A stretch of DNA of 64,000 nt from contig MU054187.1 of the NCBI GenBank assembly GCA_013239625.1, positions 16,322,941 to 16,386,940 on the forward strand, in the 5' to 3' direction. The notes under the pieces were generated by a model, which did not search any database, was not told the DNA's origin, and worked only from the letters and a program-made list of their open reading frames with translations. How positions within the stretch are numbered: the first letter of the stretch is position 1; the number at the start of each line of letters is the position of its first letter. Below, piece by piece: positions 63,425-64,000 of the stretch. Source of the stretch: Lama guanicoe. Its lineage: Eukaryota. The translations under genes and the position numbers were made by a program.

Positions 63425-64000
63425 TCTAATTTGAAAAGATACATGCACCCCAGTGTTCACAGCAGCATTATTTACAATAGCCAAGACATGGAAGCAACCT
63501 AAATGTCCATTGACAGATGACTGGATAAAGAAGGTATGGTGTATGTATATATATAATGGAATATTATTCAGCCATAAAAAGAATGAAATAATGCCATTTG
63601 CAACAACATGGATGGACCTGGAGATAATCATTCTAAGTGAAGTAAGACAGAAGGAGAAAGAAAAATACCATATGATATCCCTTATATGTGGAATCTAAAA
63701 AAAAAAAGACAGCAATAAATTTATTTACAAAGTAGAGACACCTCTCAGACGTAGAAAACGAACTTTACAGTTATCAGGAGGGAAAGGGGCTGGGGAAGGA
63801 TAAATTGGGAGTTTGGGATTTGTAGATACTAACTACTGTATACAAAACAGATAAACAACAGGGTACTACTGTACAGCACAGGGAACTATAGTCAATAACT
63901 GGAAATAGCTTATAATAAAAAAGAATATAAAAAGGAATATATATATAAATGTATAACTGAATCACTATGCTGTATACCAGAAATTAACACAACATTGTAA
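63425..64000 (+). mobile_element. L1 3' part (ORF2 C-terminus plus 3'UTR), runs off the window
   Basis: FTAALFTIAKTWKQPKCP...NEIMPFATTWMDLE...YHMISLICGI* is the L1 ORF2 C-terminus; it is followed by a G-rich 3'UTR. Confidence 0.97.

Noticed and set aside
63453..63698. Protein-like ORF
   Set aside because: It is the L1 ORF2 C-terminus of a truncated element, not a host gene.

Overview
This is 64 kb of AT-rich mammalian non-coding DNA, most likely from a camelid (alpaca, llama or camel). The evidence is six copies of a tRNA-derived SINE resembling camelid Vic-1 and several L1 3' ends of artiodactyl type. I cannot support any host protein-coding exon. The long ORFs are chance frames or LINE remnants (L1 ORF2 C-terminus, CR1/L3 ORF2). 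The window is a mosaic of young SINE/L1 insertions with target-site duplications and many ancient repeats (L2, MIR, L3/CR1, MLT1 LTRs, hAT-type MERs, L1M). Repeat-poor unique blocks (~0.7-3.3, 34.5-40.2 and 57.2-61.4 kb) look like conserved regulatory DNA. There is one 260-N assembly gap. The most interesting leads are a minus-strand AG|GTAAG recursive-splice/microexon-like site with clustered donors (~17.6 kb), an unusually readable ancient CR1 ORF2 fragment (~19.1-19.6 kb), a solo L1 5'UTR (~51.4-52.2 kb) and an inverted L1MC (~55.3-56.0 kb). No new biological system can be established from sequence alone. Repeat family names come from my recall of consensus motifs, not from a search, and boundaries of ancient repeats are approximate.
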